From contig JAUXYA010000031.1 in NCBI GenBank assembly GCA_030684405.1, forward strand, positions 5,483-69,482: a stretch of 64,000 nt of DNA, read 5' to 3'. This document shows, in pieces, positions 32,020-45,267 of this stretch (the first letter of the stretch is position 1; each line of letters starts with the position of its first letter). The notes beneath the pieces are model-generated. The model had not been told where the DNA came from and ran no database searches. It was given only the letters and a program-made list of their open reading frames with translations. The stretch is from Burkholderiales bacterium (lineage in GTDB: Bacteria; Pseudomonadota; Gammaproteobacteria; Burkholderiales; SG8-41). The translations under genes were made by a program, and so were the position numbers.

Positions 32020-32442
32020 ATGATCGGCATTTTGATTATCAGCCACGGCACCCTCGGTGAGAGTCTGATCCATTGCGCCTGCCACATGCTTAACAAACGC
32101 CCACCCAAGCTGCGCCAACTGGGCGTCACTGCTCAGGACGATCCCGTGCAGCTGGTGCCCCAGGCCCGCAAAATGATCAAGGACCTGGACGAGGGCGAGG
32201 GGGTGTTGCTGCTGACCGACATGTACGGCGGCTCCCCGTCCAACATCGCCGCCAAGCTGGTGATTCCCGGCCGGATCGAGGCCGTCGCCGGCGTCAACCT
32301 GCCGATGTTGATCCGCGCCCTGACCTACCGCGACAAGACGCTGTCGGTAATGATGACCAAGGCCATCAGCGGCGGCTGTGAAGGTGTGCTTAGGGTGCCC
32401 CCAACTTTCACCACCGTTCAAAATGTTGCAACACGAAGCTGA
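32020..32442 (+). CDS. PTS EIIA component, mannose/fructose class
   Basis: 140 aa: MIGILIISHGTLGESL (phospho-His context), LLLTDMYGGSP. Confidence 0.8.
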   Translation: MIGILIISHGTLGESLIHCACHMLNKRPPKLRQLGVTAQDDPVQLVPQARKMIKDLDEGEGVLLLTDMYGGSPSNIAAKLVIPGRIEAVAGVNLPMLIRALTYRDKTLSVMMTKAISGGCEGVLRVPPTFTTVQNVATRS

Positions 32443-32692
32443 GATCATCAACAAGCTCGGCCTTCATGCCCGGGCTTCCGCGAAACTCACCCAGGTTGCC
32501 GGAAGCTACTCCAGTGATATCTGGCTGAGCCGCAACGGCCGGCGCGTCAATGCAAAAAGCATTATGGGCGTGATGATGCTGGCCGCGGCAAAGGGATCGA
32601 CTATCCTGATCGAAACCAGCGGCAAGGACGAAGCCTCTGCGCTGCAGGCACTGCAACAGCTGATCGCCGACCGCTTCGGCGAAGGAGAATGA
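32423..32692 (+). CDS. ptsH: HPr-family phosphocarrier protein
   Basis: 89 aa from the internal ATG. Active-site GLHARAS; a KS site is also present. Overlaps the EIIA 3' end by 20 nt. Confidence 0.85.
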   Translation: MLQHEAEIINKLGLHARASAKLTQVAGSYSSDIWLSRNGRRVNAKSIMGVMMLAAAKGSTILIETSGKDEASALQALQQLIADRFGEGE

Positions 32693-32782
32693 CCGGGAAG
32701 CATTGAGGGGCTGGCCGGCAACGGGCAGAATGCAGACTGGCATTCCGCCTTTACAACAACCAAGAGTTACCCGGCTTCCATC

Positions 32783-34510
32783 ATGAGTCTCACCATCCAC
32801 GGCATCGGCGTGTCCGGCGGCATTGCCATCGGCCATGCCCACCTCGTCTCGCACACCAAACTCGAGGTTGCGCATTACGACATACCGGCGGAACAGGTCG
32901 CCGATGAGTCAGCGCGCTTTGATGCCGCCGTAAAAACTGTGCGCGACGAACTTGAGCAGCTGCGCGGCACGGTTCCGGCCGGTGCACCCGCCGAATTCGG
33001 CGCCTTCATCGATCTGCACCTGATGATCCTGGCCGACTCGACGCTGTCGGTTGTGCCCCGCACGATCATCCGAAGTGAGTTCTGCAATGCTGAATGGGCA
33101 CTGAAGATCCAGACCGATGAACTGCTGCAGCAGTTCGACACCATCGAGGACAGCTATCTGCGCGAACGCCGCACCGACGTCATCCAGGTTGCGCAACGCG
33201 TGATGAAGGCGCTCTCCGGACAACCGGGTTACGCGCCGCCGCCGGCCGGCGATTCAGAACGCAATCTGGTGCTGGTCGCCCATGACCTGTCGCCCGCCGA
33301 TGTCGTGCTGTTCAAGCAGCACCAGTTTGCAAGTTTCGTCACCGACCTCGGTGGCGTCACTTCGCATACCGCAATCGTCGCCCGCAGCCTGAACATACCC
33401 TGTATCGTCGCGCTGCATCACGCGCGCCAGCTGGTGCGGGAAAACGAGATCATCATCGTCGACGGCACCCAGGGCGTGATCATCGTCGATCCCGATGCGC
33501 AGGTGCTCGCCGAGTACCAGCTGCTGCAGCGTGAATTCGGACTGGAGCGGCAGAAGCTGCGGCGGCTGCGCGACACGCCCGCACGCACTCTCGACGGCAT
33601 CGATGTCGAATTGCACGCCAACATCGAACTACCGGGCGACGTTGCGCTGGCACTCGACGGTGGCGCCACCGGCATCGGCCTCTTTCGCACCGAATTCCTG
33701 TTCCTGAACCGTCCTGACCTGCCCGACGAGGATGAACAGTTCGAAGCCTATCGCCAGGTCCTTGAGGAGATGGACGGGCGGCCGGTCACCATCCGCACCT
33801 ATGACCTCGGTGCCGACAAGCAGATCGACGACAGTGCGCGACTGGCCACCAACCCCGCTCTCGGCCTGCGTGCGATCCGGCTGTGCCTGACCGAACCAAA
33901 GCGCTTCATCACCCAGTTGCGCGCAATGCTGCGGGCCTCGCTCCATGGAAAACTGAAAATCCTGATCCCGATGCTGATGAACGCATCGGAAGTCGACCAG
34001 GCGCTGCAACTTCTGGAGCAGGCGAAGCGCAGCCTTGATGATGACGGCATCACCTACGACCGCAATGTGCCGGTGGGCGGCATGGTCGAGATCCCCGCAG
34101 CCGCCCTCGCACTGGGCCTTCTGACCAAGCGCCTGGATTTCCTGTCGGTCGGCACCAACGACCTGATCCAGTACATGCTCGCCATCGACCGCACCGACGA
34201 CACGGTTGCCCACCTCTACGACCCGCTGCATCCCGCAGTCCTGATGGTTCTGGGGCACATTTTCAGGACCGCCGGCAAAGTCGGCATCCCGGTATCGGTC
34301 TGCGGCGAGATGGCCGGTGACGTGGCGCTTACGCGCCTGCTGCTGGGGCTCGGTCTGCGCCGGTTTTCGATGCACTCCGCGCACCTGCCCGACGTCAAAC
34401 AGCGCGTTCTGAAAACCCACCTCGCCGAAACCGCGCCATTTGCGCGGCGCATGCTGCGCGCAACCGATCCCGGCAGGCTGCACCTCATGCTCGACAAACT
34501 GAACGCCTGA
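32783..34510 (+). CDS. ptsI: phosphoenolpyruvate-protein phosphotransferase (enzyme I)
   Basis: 575 aa: GGVTSHTAIVARSLNIP, FRTEFLF, FLSVGTNDLIQY. Confidence 0.93.
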   Translation: MSLTIHGIGVSGGIAIGHAHLVSHTKLEVAHYDIPAEQVADESARFDAAVKTVRDELEQLRGTVPAGAPAEFGAFIDLHLMILADSTLSVVPRTIIRSEFCNAEWALKIQTDELLQQFDTIEDSYLRERRTDVIQVAQRVMKALSGQPGYAPPPAGDSERNLVLVAHDLSPADVVLFKQHQFASFVTDLGGVTSHTAIVARSLNIPCIVALHHARQLVRENEIIIVDGTQGVIIVDPDAQVLAEYQLLQREFGLERQKLRRLRDTPARTLDGIDVELHANIELPGDVALALDGGATGIGLFRTEFLFLNRPDLPDEDEQFEAYRQVLEEMDGRPVTIRTYDLGADKQIDDSARLATNPALGLRAIRLCLTEPKRFITQLRAMLRASLHGKLKILIPMLMNASEVDQALQLLEQAKRSLDDDGITYDRNVPVGGMVEIPAAALALGLLTKRLDFLSVGTNDLIQYMLAIDRTDDTVAHLYDPLHPAVLMVLGHIFRTAGKVGIPVSVCGEMAGDVALTRLLLGLGLRRFSMHSAHLPDVKQRVLKTHLAETAPFARRMLRATDPGRLHLMLDKLNA

Positions 34511-34562
34511 ACAGGCCAATTTGACAAGGCCGGGCACCGGAGGTAAGTTAGCCGCAGAGTTG

Positions 34563-34628
34563 TCGCGCCGATTTGAGATCAGCTTGCGGGCGCGTAATAA
34601 ATCCGGCTAAAGAGACGAGCAGTTCTCG
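34563..34628 (+). ncRNA. candidate cis-regulatory leader of metXW (SAM-II-like words, class unconfirmed)
   Basis: P1 stem CGCGCC (34564-69) / GGCGCG (34589-94) encloses a GAUUUGAGAUCAGCUUGCG loop. The 3' tail is UAAUAAAUCCGGCUAAAG. The words CGAUUU, GCUUG and GCUAAAG recall the SAM-II consensus. An intrinsic terminator follows. Confidence 0.3.
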
Positions 34629-34629
34629 G

Positions 34630-34660
34630 AACCCCGGCGCGCAGGCTTCGGGGTTTTTTT
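34630..34660 (+). terminator. intrinsic terminator/attenuator ending at the metX ATG
   Basis: AACCCCG...CGGGGTT stem followed by T7, running directly into ATG 34661. The only SD-like purines (GGGG) are inside the 3' arm of the stem. Confidence 0.7.
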
Positions 34661-35809
34661 ATGGCCAGTAACGACACACATACCGCCTCGGTCGGAATCG
34701 TCCGTCCGCAAATCGCGCGCTTCACCGACCCGCTGAAATTGCGCGGCGGCTCGGTGCTGCGCGAGTATGAACTGGTCTACGAGACCTACGGCCGGTTGAA
34801 CGCGGGCCGCAGCAATGCCGTGCTGGTCTGCCACGCTCTCAACGCCTCCCACCATGTCGCCGGTTACTACGAGGACTCTGACAATACCGGCTGGTGGGAC
34901 AACATGATCGGCCCCGGCAAGCCGCTGGACACCGACCACTTCTTCGTCATCGGCGTCAACAACCTCGGCGGCTGTCACGGCTCCACCGGGCCGTCGAGCA
35001 TCAACCCCGACACCGGCAAGCCCTGGGGCGGCGATTTCCCGGTAGTAACCGTTGAAGACTGGGTCGACGCTCAAGCGCGGCTTGCCGATCATCTTGGCAT
35101 CGGCTGCTTCGCGGCGGTGATGGGCGGCAGCCTTGGCGCGATGCAGGCACTGGCCTGGACGATCCGTTATCCGGACCGGCTGCGCCACAGTATTGTGATC
35201 GCCTGCGCCCCCAACCTCTCTGCGCAGAACATCGCTTTCAATGAAGTCGCCCGCCAGGCCATCATCACCGATCCGGACTTCCATGGCGGCGCCTACCAGC
35301 TGCAGGGCACCGCGCCGAAGCGCGGGCTGCGCGTCGCGCGCATGGTCGGACACATTACCTACCTGTCCGACGACGAGATGGCGAGCAAGTTCGGTCGCCA
35401 GTTGAAACACGGCAAACCAGGCTACACCTTCGACACCGAATTCCAGATCGAGTCCTACCTGCGCCACCAGGCCAACAAGTTCGCCGACTACTTCGACGCC
35501 AATACCTACCTGCGCATCACCAAGGCTCTGGACTATTTCGATCCTGCCTTCGCCTGCGGCGGCGAGCTGTCGGCGGCGCTGAAGGACGTTTCCGCGGGAA
35601 TACTGGTGGTGTCCTTCACTACGGACTGGCGGTTTTCGCCGGAACGCTCGCGTGAGATCGTCCGCGCGCTGCTCGATAACCGCGCCCGCGTGACCTATGC
35701 GGAAATCGACGCGCCGCATGGCCACGACGCCTTCCTGCTCGAGGACCCGCGTTATCACCGGCTGGTGGCCGCCTATTTCAACCGCGTCGCCGCGGAGATC
35801 CGGCCATGA
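34661..35809 (+). CDS. metX: homoserine O-acyltransferase (MetX family)
   Basis: 382 aa with an alpha/beta hydrolase fold ([10 protein letters not shown] nucleophile elbow). Typical MetX N-terminus and metW partner. Confidence 0.93.
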   Translation: MASNDTHTASVGIVRPQIARFTDPLKLRGGSVLREYELVYETYGRLNAGRSNAVLVCHALNASHHVAGYYEDSDNTGWWDNMIGPGKPLDTDHFFVIGVNNLGGCHGSTGPSSINPDTGKPWGGDFPVVTVEDWVDAQARLADHLGIGCFAAVMGGSLGAMQALAWTIRYPDRLRHSIVIACAPNLSAQNIAFNEVARQAIITDPDFHGGAYQLQGTAPKRGLRVARMVGHITYLSDDEMASKFGRQLKHGKPGYTFDTEFQIESYLRHQANKFADYFDANTYLRITKALDYFDPAFACGGELSAALKDVSAGILVVSFTTDWRFSPERSREIVRALLDNRARVTYAEIDAPHGHDAFLLEDPRYHRLVAAYFNRVAAEIRP

Positions 35810-36402
35810 CCGGCGCCAACGGCAGCCAGCGGCCCGATTTTGCCGCAATCGCGCAATGCATCAGCCGCGATGCCCATGTGCTTGATCTCGGCTGCGGCGA
35901 CGGCACGCTGCTGAAATATCTGCAGCAGTCGCGTGGTGTCACAGGTTACGGCGTCGAGATCAATGACGGCAAAGTGCTCGCCTGCGTCAACAACGGCGTC
36001 AATGTCATCCAGGGCGACCTCGAGCGTGGACTGGCCGAATTCGCCGACGGCTCATTCGATTTCGTCGTGCTGTCGCTGACACTGCAGGCGATGCACAACA
36101 CCGAACGCATCGTCCGCGAAATGCTCCGTGTCGGTCGCGCCGGTATTGTCACTTTCCCCAATTTCGGCCACTGGAAAAGCCGCCTGCAGGTCCTGCGCGG
36201 ACGCATGCCGGTATCGGACAAGCTGCCTTTCGAGTGGTTCGATACGCCGAACATCCACCTCTGCACGATCGCCGATTTCGAGCGTTTCTGCGAGGAACGC
36301 GGCATCCGCATCGTTCGCCGCGCGGTGCTGAGCAGCGGCAGGCCGGTGCATCTACTGCCCAACCTGCTCGGTGAACTCGCCGTCTATCACTTCTCCGGCT
36401 GA
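35806..36402 (+). CDS. metW: methionine biosynthesis protein MetW
   Basis: 198 aa with methyltransferase-like VLDLGCGDG. Overlaps the metX stop by 4 nt. Confidence 0.9.
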   Translation: MTGANGSQRPDFAAIAQCISRDAHVLDLGCGDGTLLKYLQQSRGVTGYGVEINDGKVLACVNNGVNVIQGDLERGLAEFADGSFDFVVLSLTLQAMHNTERIVREMLRVGRAGIVTFPNFGHWKSRLQVLRGRMPVSDKLPFEWFDTPNIHLCTIADFERFCEERGIRIVRRAVLSSGRPVHLLPNLLGELAVYHFSG

Positions 36403-37637
36403 GCCACCGCCAGCGCGATGACCCGGCGCAGCAGCAGCAGCCCGGGAATCGCGATCAGTGTGCAGAGCAGGAAGAAACCCGGCCAGCCGAGAATCTCCGC
36501 GAACCAGCCGGTGGGCGCCGACAGCAGCACCCGCGGCACGCCCATCAGGCTCGACAGCAGCGCGTACTGGGTCGCAGTGAATCGACGATCGGTGAGAGCG
36601 GCCATGAAGCCGACGAATGCCGCCGTTCCCATGCCGGCTGTCAGGTTCTCGACGGCCACCACAGTGGCCAGCGCGCCGACGTGGTGCGGCATCAGCGCGA
36701 GCACGACAAAACCCAGCGTCGACAACATCTGGCCGAAACCGAACAGCCACAACGCGCGGTGAGTGCCGACGCGCATTATCCACAGCCCGCCCAGCGTGCC
36801 GCCGGCAATGGTCGCCCAGAAGCCGAACAGTTTGACCACGGTGCCGATCTCGGTCTTGCTGTAGCCGATGTCCAGATAGAAAGGCGTGGTCATCGCCGAA
36901 GCCATGGTATCGCCAAGCTTGTAGAGCAGGATGAAGGCGAGAATCAGCCAGGCGCCCTGTCGTGAAAAATAGTCACGGAAGGGCAGCACCACGGCCTCGC
37001 GCAGCGTGCGCGGCCGGCCTTCGGGCAGCGGCGGCTCTGGCGCGAGCAGTGTCACCGCGATGCAGGCGATCATGCACATGGCCATGATGCGGTACATCGT
37101 GCCGAAAGACAGCCAGTCGGCGAGTATCAGTCCCCCGCCGCCGGCGAGCAGCATGCCCAGGCGGTAGCCGTTCACATACATCGCCGAGCCCAGTCCCAGT
37201 TCCGCCTCCTGCAGGCTTTCGCGGCGATAGGCATCGACGACGATGTCCTGCGACGCGGAAAACAGCGCGACCAGCAGGCTGGCCAGCATCACCCAGCCCA
37301 GCTCGTCAGCGGACGGCTGCGTCGCGGCAAGCAGCAGCAGCGCGCCGGCAACGGCGAACTGGGTCAGCGCCAGCCAGCCGCGGCGCCTGCCGGGCGGCGG
37401 CGCAAAGCGGTCGAACAGCGGCGACCACAGGAACTTGAGCGTGTACGGCAACCCAACCAGGGCAAACAGCCCGATTCGCGTGAGGTCAACGCCGCCGTCC
37501 TTGAGCCAGGCCTGCAGCACCGAGCCGATCAGCAGCAGTGGCAGGCCGGAGGCAAAACCCATCAGCAACGCAATCAGCATGCGGCCGCTGAACACGGCCA
37601 GCAGCGTCTCGCTCCAGGAGGGGCGGAGACCGCTCAA
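36387..37637 (-). CDS. ampG: AmpG-family muropeptide MFS permease
   Basis: 416 aa: GLPYTLKFLWSPLFDRF signature. Confidence 0.85.
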   Translation of the reverse strand: MSGLRPSWSETLLAVFSGRMLIALLMGFASGLPLLLIGSVLQAWLKDGGVDLTRIGLFALVGLPYTLKFLWSPLFDRFAPPPGRRRGWLALTQFAVAGALLLLAATQPSADELGWVMLASLLVALFSASQDIVVDAYRRESLQEAELGLGSAMYVNGYRLGMLLAGGGGLILADWLSFGTMYRIMAMCMIACIAVTLLAPEPPLPEGRPRTLREAVVLPFRDYFSRQGAWLILAFILLYKLGDTMASAMTTPFYLDIGYSKTEIGTVVKLFGFWATIAGGTLGGLWIMRVGTHRALWLFGFGQMLSTLGFVVLALMPHHVGALATVVAVENLTAGMGTAAFVGFMAALTDRRFTATQYALLSSLMGVPRVLLSAPTGWFAEILGWPGFFLLCTLIAIPGLLLLRRVIALAVAQPEK

Positions 37638-38416
37638 GGAAAATTACCGTCGTAGTGAATGGTGAGTGGCGCATGATCGGAGAACCGCTCATCTTTGTAG
37701 ATCGCCGCGCGCTTCGCCCGCACTGCGATGCCCGGCGTCGCAATCTGGTAGTCGATGCGCCAGCCGACGTTCTTCGCCCAGGCCTGGCCACGGTTCGACC
37801 ACCAGGTGTACGCCGCATCGGTCGCGTCCGGATGCAGCCGGCGGTAGACATCGACCCAGCCCAATTCATCGAAAATCCGCGTCATCCAGTCACGCTCTTC
37901 GGGCAGGAAGCCGGAATTCTTGCGGTTCCCTTTCCAGTTTTTGAGGTCGATCTCGCGATGCGCGATGTTCCAGTCGCCGCAGAGCACCACTTCGCGTCCT
38001 GACTTGCGCAGGCGCCGGAGGTGGGGATAAAACGCGTCAAGAAAGCGGAACTTGGAGGCCTGGCGGTGCTCGCCGCTGGACCCCGAGGGCAGATAGAGGG
38101 AAATCACCGACAGCCCGCCGAAATCGGCACGCAGATAACGTCCCTCGTCATCAAACTCGGCGACGCCGAAGCCGGCGGCGACCCGGTCCGGCGCAGTTTT
38201 CGAATAGATGCCGACTCCGCTGTAGCCCTTTTTTGCAGCGTAGTGAAAATGACTGTGATATCCGACAGGCGCCAGCAGCTCCGCGGTCATGTCGGCGGCT
38301 TGCGCCTTTATTTCCTGCACGCACACCAGGTCCGCGCGCTGCCGCAGCAGCCATTCGAAGAACCCCTTGCGCGCTGCCGAGCGGATTCCGTTGAGATTCA
38401 GAGTTATAATTTTCAT
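37634..38416 (-). CDS. xthA: exodeoxyribonuclease III
   Basis: 260 aa: MKIITLNLNGIRSA, CVQEIK, GDWNIAH, SDHAP. Confidence 0.93.
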   Translation of the reverse strand: MKIITLNLNGIRSAARKGFFEWLLRQRADLVCVQEIKAQAADMTAELLAPVGYHSHFHYAAKKGYSGVGIYSKTAPDRVAAGFGVAEFDDEGRYLRADFGGLSVISLYLPSGSSGEHRQASKFRFLDAFYPHLRRLRKSGREVVLCGDWNIAHREIDLKNWKGNRKNSGFLPEERDWMTRIFDELGWVDVYRRLHPDATDAAYTWWSNRGQAWAKNVGWRIDYQIATPGIAVRAKRAAIYKDERFSDHAPLTIHYDGNFP

Positions 38417-38498
38417 CGTTCTCGATCCGGCGGAACCGTGCCACCGCCTGTGCTGCCGAAATCAACTTGCCGTGGGCACGCCGGCACCTTCATTCATC

Positions 38499-39149
38499 AT
38501 GGCCGCCAGCTTCCGACAGGAATTCATCCGTTTCGCCATCAGCACCAGGGTCCTGCTCTTCGGTGAATTCAAGACCAAGGCCGGACGTATGTCTCCGTAT
38601 TTTTTCAATGCCGGCCTGTTCTGCGACGGCAGTTCGCTGCGCGAGCTCGCCCGATTCTACGCGAAAGCGATTTCCGCAGCGGACCTGCCTTTCGACATGC
38701 TGTTCGGCCCCGCCTACAAGGGCATACCCCTGGTCGCCGCAGTGGCCATCGCGCTTGCAGATGCGGGGCGCAATGTCCCGTTCAGCTACAACCGCAAGGA
38801 AGCCAAGGACCACGGTGAAGGCGGCAGCGTTGTCGGCGCAGCCCTTGCGGGGCGTGCGCTGATCGTCGACGACGTGATTTCCGCGGGCACCTCGGTGCGT
38901 GAATCGGTAGGCCTGATCCGCGCCGCCGGTGCCGCCCCCGCCGGCGTGCTGATCGCGCTTGACCGCATGGAGCGCGGGGCCACGGAACTGTCGGCAACGC
39001 AGGAGGTCGGAAAGTTATACGACATTCCGGTCATCAGCATCGCGACACTGGACGACCTGATCGGATATCTGGGCAACGAAAAGGGCATGCAAGCGCAGCT
39101 GGCTGCGGTTGCCGCCTACCGAAAACAGTATGGAGTGCATGATGTCTGA
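38499..39149 (+). CDS. pyrE: orotate phosphoribosyltransferase
   Basis: Starts at the internal ATG (MAASFRQEFIRFAI...GEFKTKAGRMSPYFFNAGLF). PRPP motif LIVDDVISAGTS. Confidence 0.93.
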   Translation: MAASFRQEFIRFAISTRVLLFGEFKTKAGRMSPYFFNAGLFCDGSSLRELARFYAKAISAADLPFDMLFGPAYKGIPLVAAVAIALADAGRNVPFSYNRKEAKDHGEGGSVVGAALAGRALIVDDVISAGTSVRESVGLIRAAGAAPAGVLIALDRMERGATELSATQEVGKLYDIPVISIATLDDLIGYLGNEKGMQAQLAAVAAYRKQYGVHDV

Positions 39150-39819
39150 ACGCCTGAGTTCCCTGCCCCTGATTGCCGTGATCGCCACAGCGGCGCTGCT
39201 CGCCCTGCCGGCCCCGGCCCAGAAAATCGTCTGTTGGAAAGACAAGTCCGGCAAGGTCATCGGCTGCGGCGATCGCGTCCCGCCGGAATTCCAGCAGAAC
39301 GAGTCGAAGACCCTGGACAGCCGCGGGCTCACCCGCCAGACCACGGTCTCCGCCGCAGAGGCTGCGCGACTGAAGGAAGAGGAAAAGAAAAAAGCCGCGC
39401 TCAAGGTTGAGGAGGACCGCCGTATTGCCGAGCAACGCCGCCAGGACACCGCGCTGGTCAACACTTACACTGCGGCAAAGGAGATCGACGTCCGCCGCGA
39501 TCGCGAACTGCAGGTGGTCGACCTGCAGATCCAGCAGCTGCAGGCCCAGCTGCGGAATGCCGCCGATGCGCACACTGCGCAAAAGACGCGCTACGCCAGC
39601 TTCGAGAAACGCGGCAAGGTTCCGGACAACGTCAAGGACGATCTCAGCAACTCCGCGGCAGCAGAGGAGCGCGTCAAGACGCGCATCGCGGAGCGGGAAA
39701 AGGACAAGGAAAGAATTGCCACGATCTACGCCCAGCAAAAAGCGCGCTTCATTGAGCTGAAAGGTGGCGCCGCGCCGGGCTCGTCGACTGCGGAAACCAA
39801 ACCTGCTCCGAAAAAATGA
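39139..39819 (+). CDS. DUF4124-like periplasmic coiled-coil protein
   Basis: Signal peptide, then KIVCWKDKSGKVIGCGDRVPPEF, followed by a long charged coiled coil. Its start overlaps the pyrE stop. Confidence 0.55.
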   Translation: MMSERLSSLPLIAVIATAALLALPAPAQKIVCWKDKSGKVIGCGDRVPPEFQQNESKTLDSRGLTRQTTVSAAEAARLKEEEKKKAALKVEEDRRIAEQRRQDTALVNTYTAAKEIDVRRDRELQVVDLQIQQLQAQLRNAADAHTAQKTRYASFEKRGKVPDNVKDDLSNSAAAEERVKTRIAEREKDKERIATIYAQQKARFIELKGGAAPGSSTAETKPAPKK

Positions 39820-39831
39820 GCAGACGCCGGC

Positions 39832-41268
39832 TCAGCCGGCGAGCTTGCTGCGCAAGATATCGTTGACCTGCTGTGGATTGGCCTTGCCGCGGCTGGCTTT
39901 CATCACCTGCCCCACCAGCGAGTTGAAGGCCTTTTCCTTGCCGGCCTTAAAGTCGGCGACCTGCCGGGCATTCGCAGCCAGCACCTGATCGACGATTTTT
40001 TCGATTTCACCGCCGTCTGAAATCTGCTTGAGCCCCTTCGCCGCAATGATCGCGTCGGCATCGCCCTCGCCGGCCCACATGGCATCAAACACGTCTCTGG
40101 CCATCTTGCCGGATATCGTGCCATCGGCGATGCGGTCAACCAGTCCACGCAGCTCCCTTGCCGTAACACGGCTCTGGCCAATGTCCAGAGCCTCCTCGTT
40201 CAGGCGCGCGCTCAGCGCCCCGCTGATCCAGTTGGCGCACAACTTTCCGGTTTTTTCGTCGCCCCCCTCGGCGGCCGTACTGAAATAGTCAGCCAGTTCC
40301 CGGCTTGCGGTCAGCAGGCTAGCATCGTACGGCGTCAATCCGAACTGCGCGCAGAACTGCTCGCGGCGCACCTCCGGCAGCACAGGCATCGCGTCACGTA
40401 CCGCGGCGATGCGCTCGGCAGTCACCTCGAGCGGCAGCAGATCGGGATCCGGAAAATAGCGGTAGTCATGCGCGTCTTCCTTGGTGCGCATCATCCTCGT
40501 TTCACCGGTTTCCGGGTCGAACAACACGGTCGCCTGCTGTATGGTGCGGCCATCCTCGATTTCGCAGATCTGCCAACGCACTTCGTATTCAATGGCCTGC
40601 TGCAGGAAGCGGAAGCTGTTCAGATTCTTGATTTCACGGCGGGTGCCGAGTTCCTGCGTACCGGCAGGACGCACCGACACGTTCGCGTCGCAGCGGAACG
40701 AGCCTTCCTGCATGTTGCCGTCGCAGACATCGATCCAGCGCACCAACGCATGCAGGGCCTTCGCGTAAGCCACTGCCTCATCCGCCGACCGCATATCGGG
40801 TTCGGTGACGATTTCCAGCAAGGGCGTACCGGCGCGGTTGAGGTCGATGCCGGTCTGCCCGCGAAAATCCTCGTGCAGCGACTTGCCGGCGTCCTCCTCG
40901 AGGTGGGCGCGCGTCAGGCGCACGGTTTTTTCGGCATCGCCCACCTGGATGGTGACGCTGCCGCCCTCGACGATCGGCTTCTCGAACTGGCTGATCTGAT
41001 AACCCTTGGGCAGGTCGGGATAGAAATAATTCTTGCGCGCAAAAATGGAGGGCGAATTGATTTTCGCGCCGACAGCGAGACCGAAGCGGATTGCGCGCTC
41101 GACTGCGCCGGTGTTGAGCACCGGCAATACACCCGGCAGCGCGATGTCGACGCCGCAGGCCTGGGTATTGGGTGCGGCGCCGAAGGCCGTCGGCGCGCCC
41201 GAGAAAATCTTCGACACCGTCGACAGCTGCGCATGGGTCTCCAGCCCGATGACCACTTCCCATTTCAT
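39832..41268 (-). CDS. gatB: Asp/Glu-tRNA amidotransferase subunit B
   Basis: 478 aa: [15 protein letters not shown]... Confidence 0.97.
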   Translation of the reverse strand: MKWEVVIGLETHAQLSTVSKIFSGAPTAFGAAPNTQACGVDIALPGVLPVLNTGAVERAIRFGLAVGAKINSPSIFARKNYFYPDLPKGYQISQFEKPIVEGGSVTIQVGDAEKTVRLTRAHLEEDAGKSLHEDFRGQTGIDLNRAGTPLLEIVTEPDMRSADEAVAYAKALHALVRWIDVCDGNMQEGSFRCDANVSVRPAGTQELGTRREIKNLNSFRFLQQAIEYEVRWQICEIEDGRTIQQATVLFDPETGETRMMRTKEDAHDYRYFPDPDLLPLEVTAERIAAVRDAMPVLPEVRREQFCAQFGLTPYDASLLTASRELADYFSTAAEGGDEKTGKLCANWISGALSARLNEEALDIGQSRVTARELRGLVDRIADGTISGKMARDVFDAMWAGEGDADAIIAAKGLKQISDGGEIEKIVDQVLAANARQVADFKAGKEKAFNSLVGQVMKASRGKANPQQVNDILRSKLAG

Positions 41269-41340
41269 CGCTCATCACTCCGGGACGGGCGGACACTTGC
41301 CATGATGATTTTCAGCTCATCGCTCATCATTCATCGCTCA

Positions 41341-41345
<5 letters not shown>
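41264..41345. repeat. heptad-repeat element in the gatA-gatB spacer with a 16-nt direct duplication
   Basis: TTCATCGCTCATCACT occurs at 41264-41279 (contains the gatB ATG) and at 41330-41345 (contains the gatA TGA). Between them is GCTCATC GCTCATC ATTCATC GCTCATC in 7-nt phase. Confidence 0.7.
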
Positions 41346-44278
<2,933 letters not shown>

Positions 44279-44288
44279 TGACATTTCC

Positions 44289-44339
44289 GCCGGCCCGCCT
44301 TCGCTCCCTTGCCTTAAGCGGCAGCGAAGGCGGGCCGGC
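44289..44339 (+). other. strong hairpin in the mreB-mreC spacer
   Basis: GCCGGCCCGCCTTCGCT / AGCGAAGGCGGGCCGGC is a perfect 17-bp stem with a 17-nt loop. No T-run follows. Confidence 0.6.
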
Positions 44340-44367
44340 CGCATTTCCGGCCGCCGACTGACGCTTC

Positions 44368-45267
44368 ATGGAACACACGCCGCCGCCGCTGTTCCGCACC
44401 GGGCTCACGCCGCTGGCACGCCTGATGATCTTCGCCATGCTGTCCACGGTCCTGCTGATCGCCGACGCGCGCTTCAACTACCTGACACCGCTGCGACAGG
44501 CCGTCGGCGTGATTCTTTATCCCTTGCAGCGCATCGCCGCGGCACCGGCAGCGCTGGGTAAGCACATTGCCGATTTTTTTGTGACCCATGCCGCCCTGCG
44601 CCAAGACAACCAGCGTCTGTCCTCGCACAACCTCGAACTGGCGATGGCCGCACAACGCACGGCCGCCCTGCAAGAAGAGAACACGCGCCTGCGCGGCATG
44701 CTCGGCATGCGTGAACACCTCACCACGCCCTCCGTGGCTGCCGAAATCCTCTACGCCGCGCGCGATCCGTTCTCACGCAAGGTCATGATCAACCAGGGTC
44801 AGCTGGGCGGCATCGAGGCCGGCCGGCCAGTGGCTGATCATGTCGGCATCATCGGCCAGATCACCCGGGTCTATCCCTGGCTGTCCGAATTGACCCTGAT
44901 CACCGACAAGGGACAGCTGGTGCCGGTACTCAATGTGCGCACTGGCCAGCGCGCAGTCATGGCCGGCACCGGCGACGAGGGCCGGCTGGAGCTGCGCTTC
45001 ATCCCGCTGACTGCCGACTTCCAGACCGGCGATCAGCTGGTGACTTCCGGCATCGACGGCACCTATCCGCCCGGCCTGCCGGTAGCAGAGGTGACACGGG
45101 TCGAGCGTGACACCGCCTTCCTGTTTGCCAGCATTGCCTGCAAACCCCTCGCCGCGCCCAGCGCCGGCACCCAGGTCCTGGTGCTGGGTCCGCAGCCCGC
45201 GCAACCGGAGCGGCCAGAGGCCGAGCCCGCTGCCGCACCGGCAAAAAAGAAAAAGGGCAAATCCTGA
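44368..45267 (+). CDS. mreC: rod shape-determining protein MreC
   Basis: 299 aa with an N-terminal TM segment, a coiled coil and a beta-barrel region. PA/K-rich tail. Confidence 0.9.
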   Translation: MEHTPPPLFRTGLTPLARLMIFAMLSTVLLIADARFNYLTPLRQAVGVILYPLQRIAAAPAALGKHIADFFVTHAALRQDNQRLSSHNLELAMAAQRTAALQEENTRLRGMLGMREHLTTPSVAAEILYAARDPFSRKVMINQGQLGGIEAGRPVADHVGIIGQITRVYPWLSELTLITDKGQLVPVLNVRTGQRAVMAGTGDEGRLELRFIPLTADFQTGDQLVTSGIDGTYPPGLPVAEVTRVERDTAFLFASIACKPLAAPSAGTQVLVLGPQPAQPERPEAEPAAAPAKKKKGKS

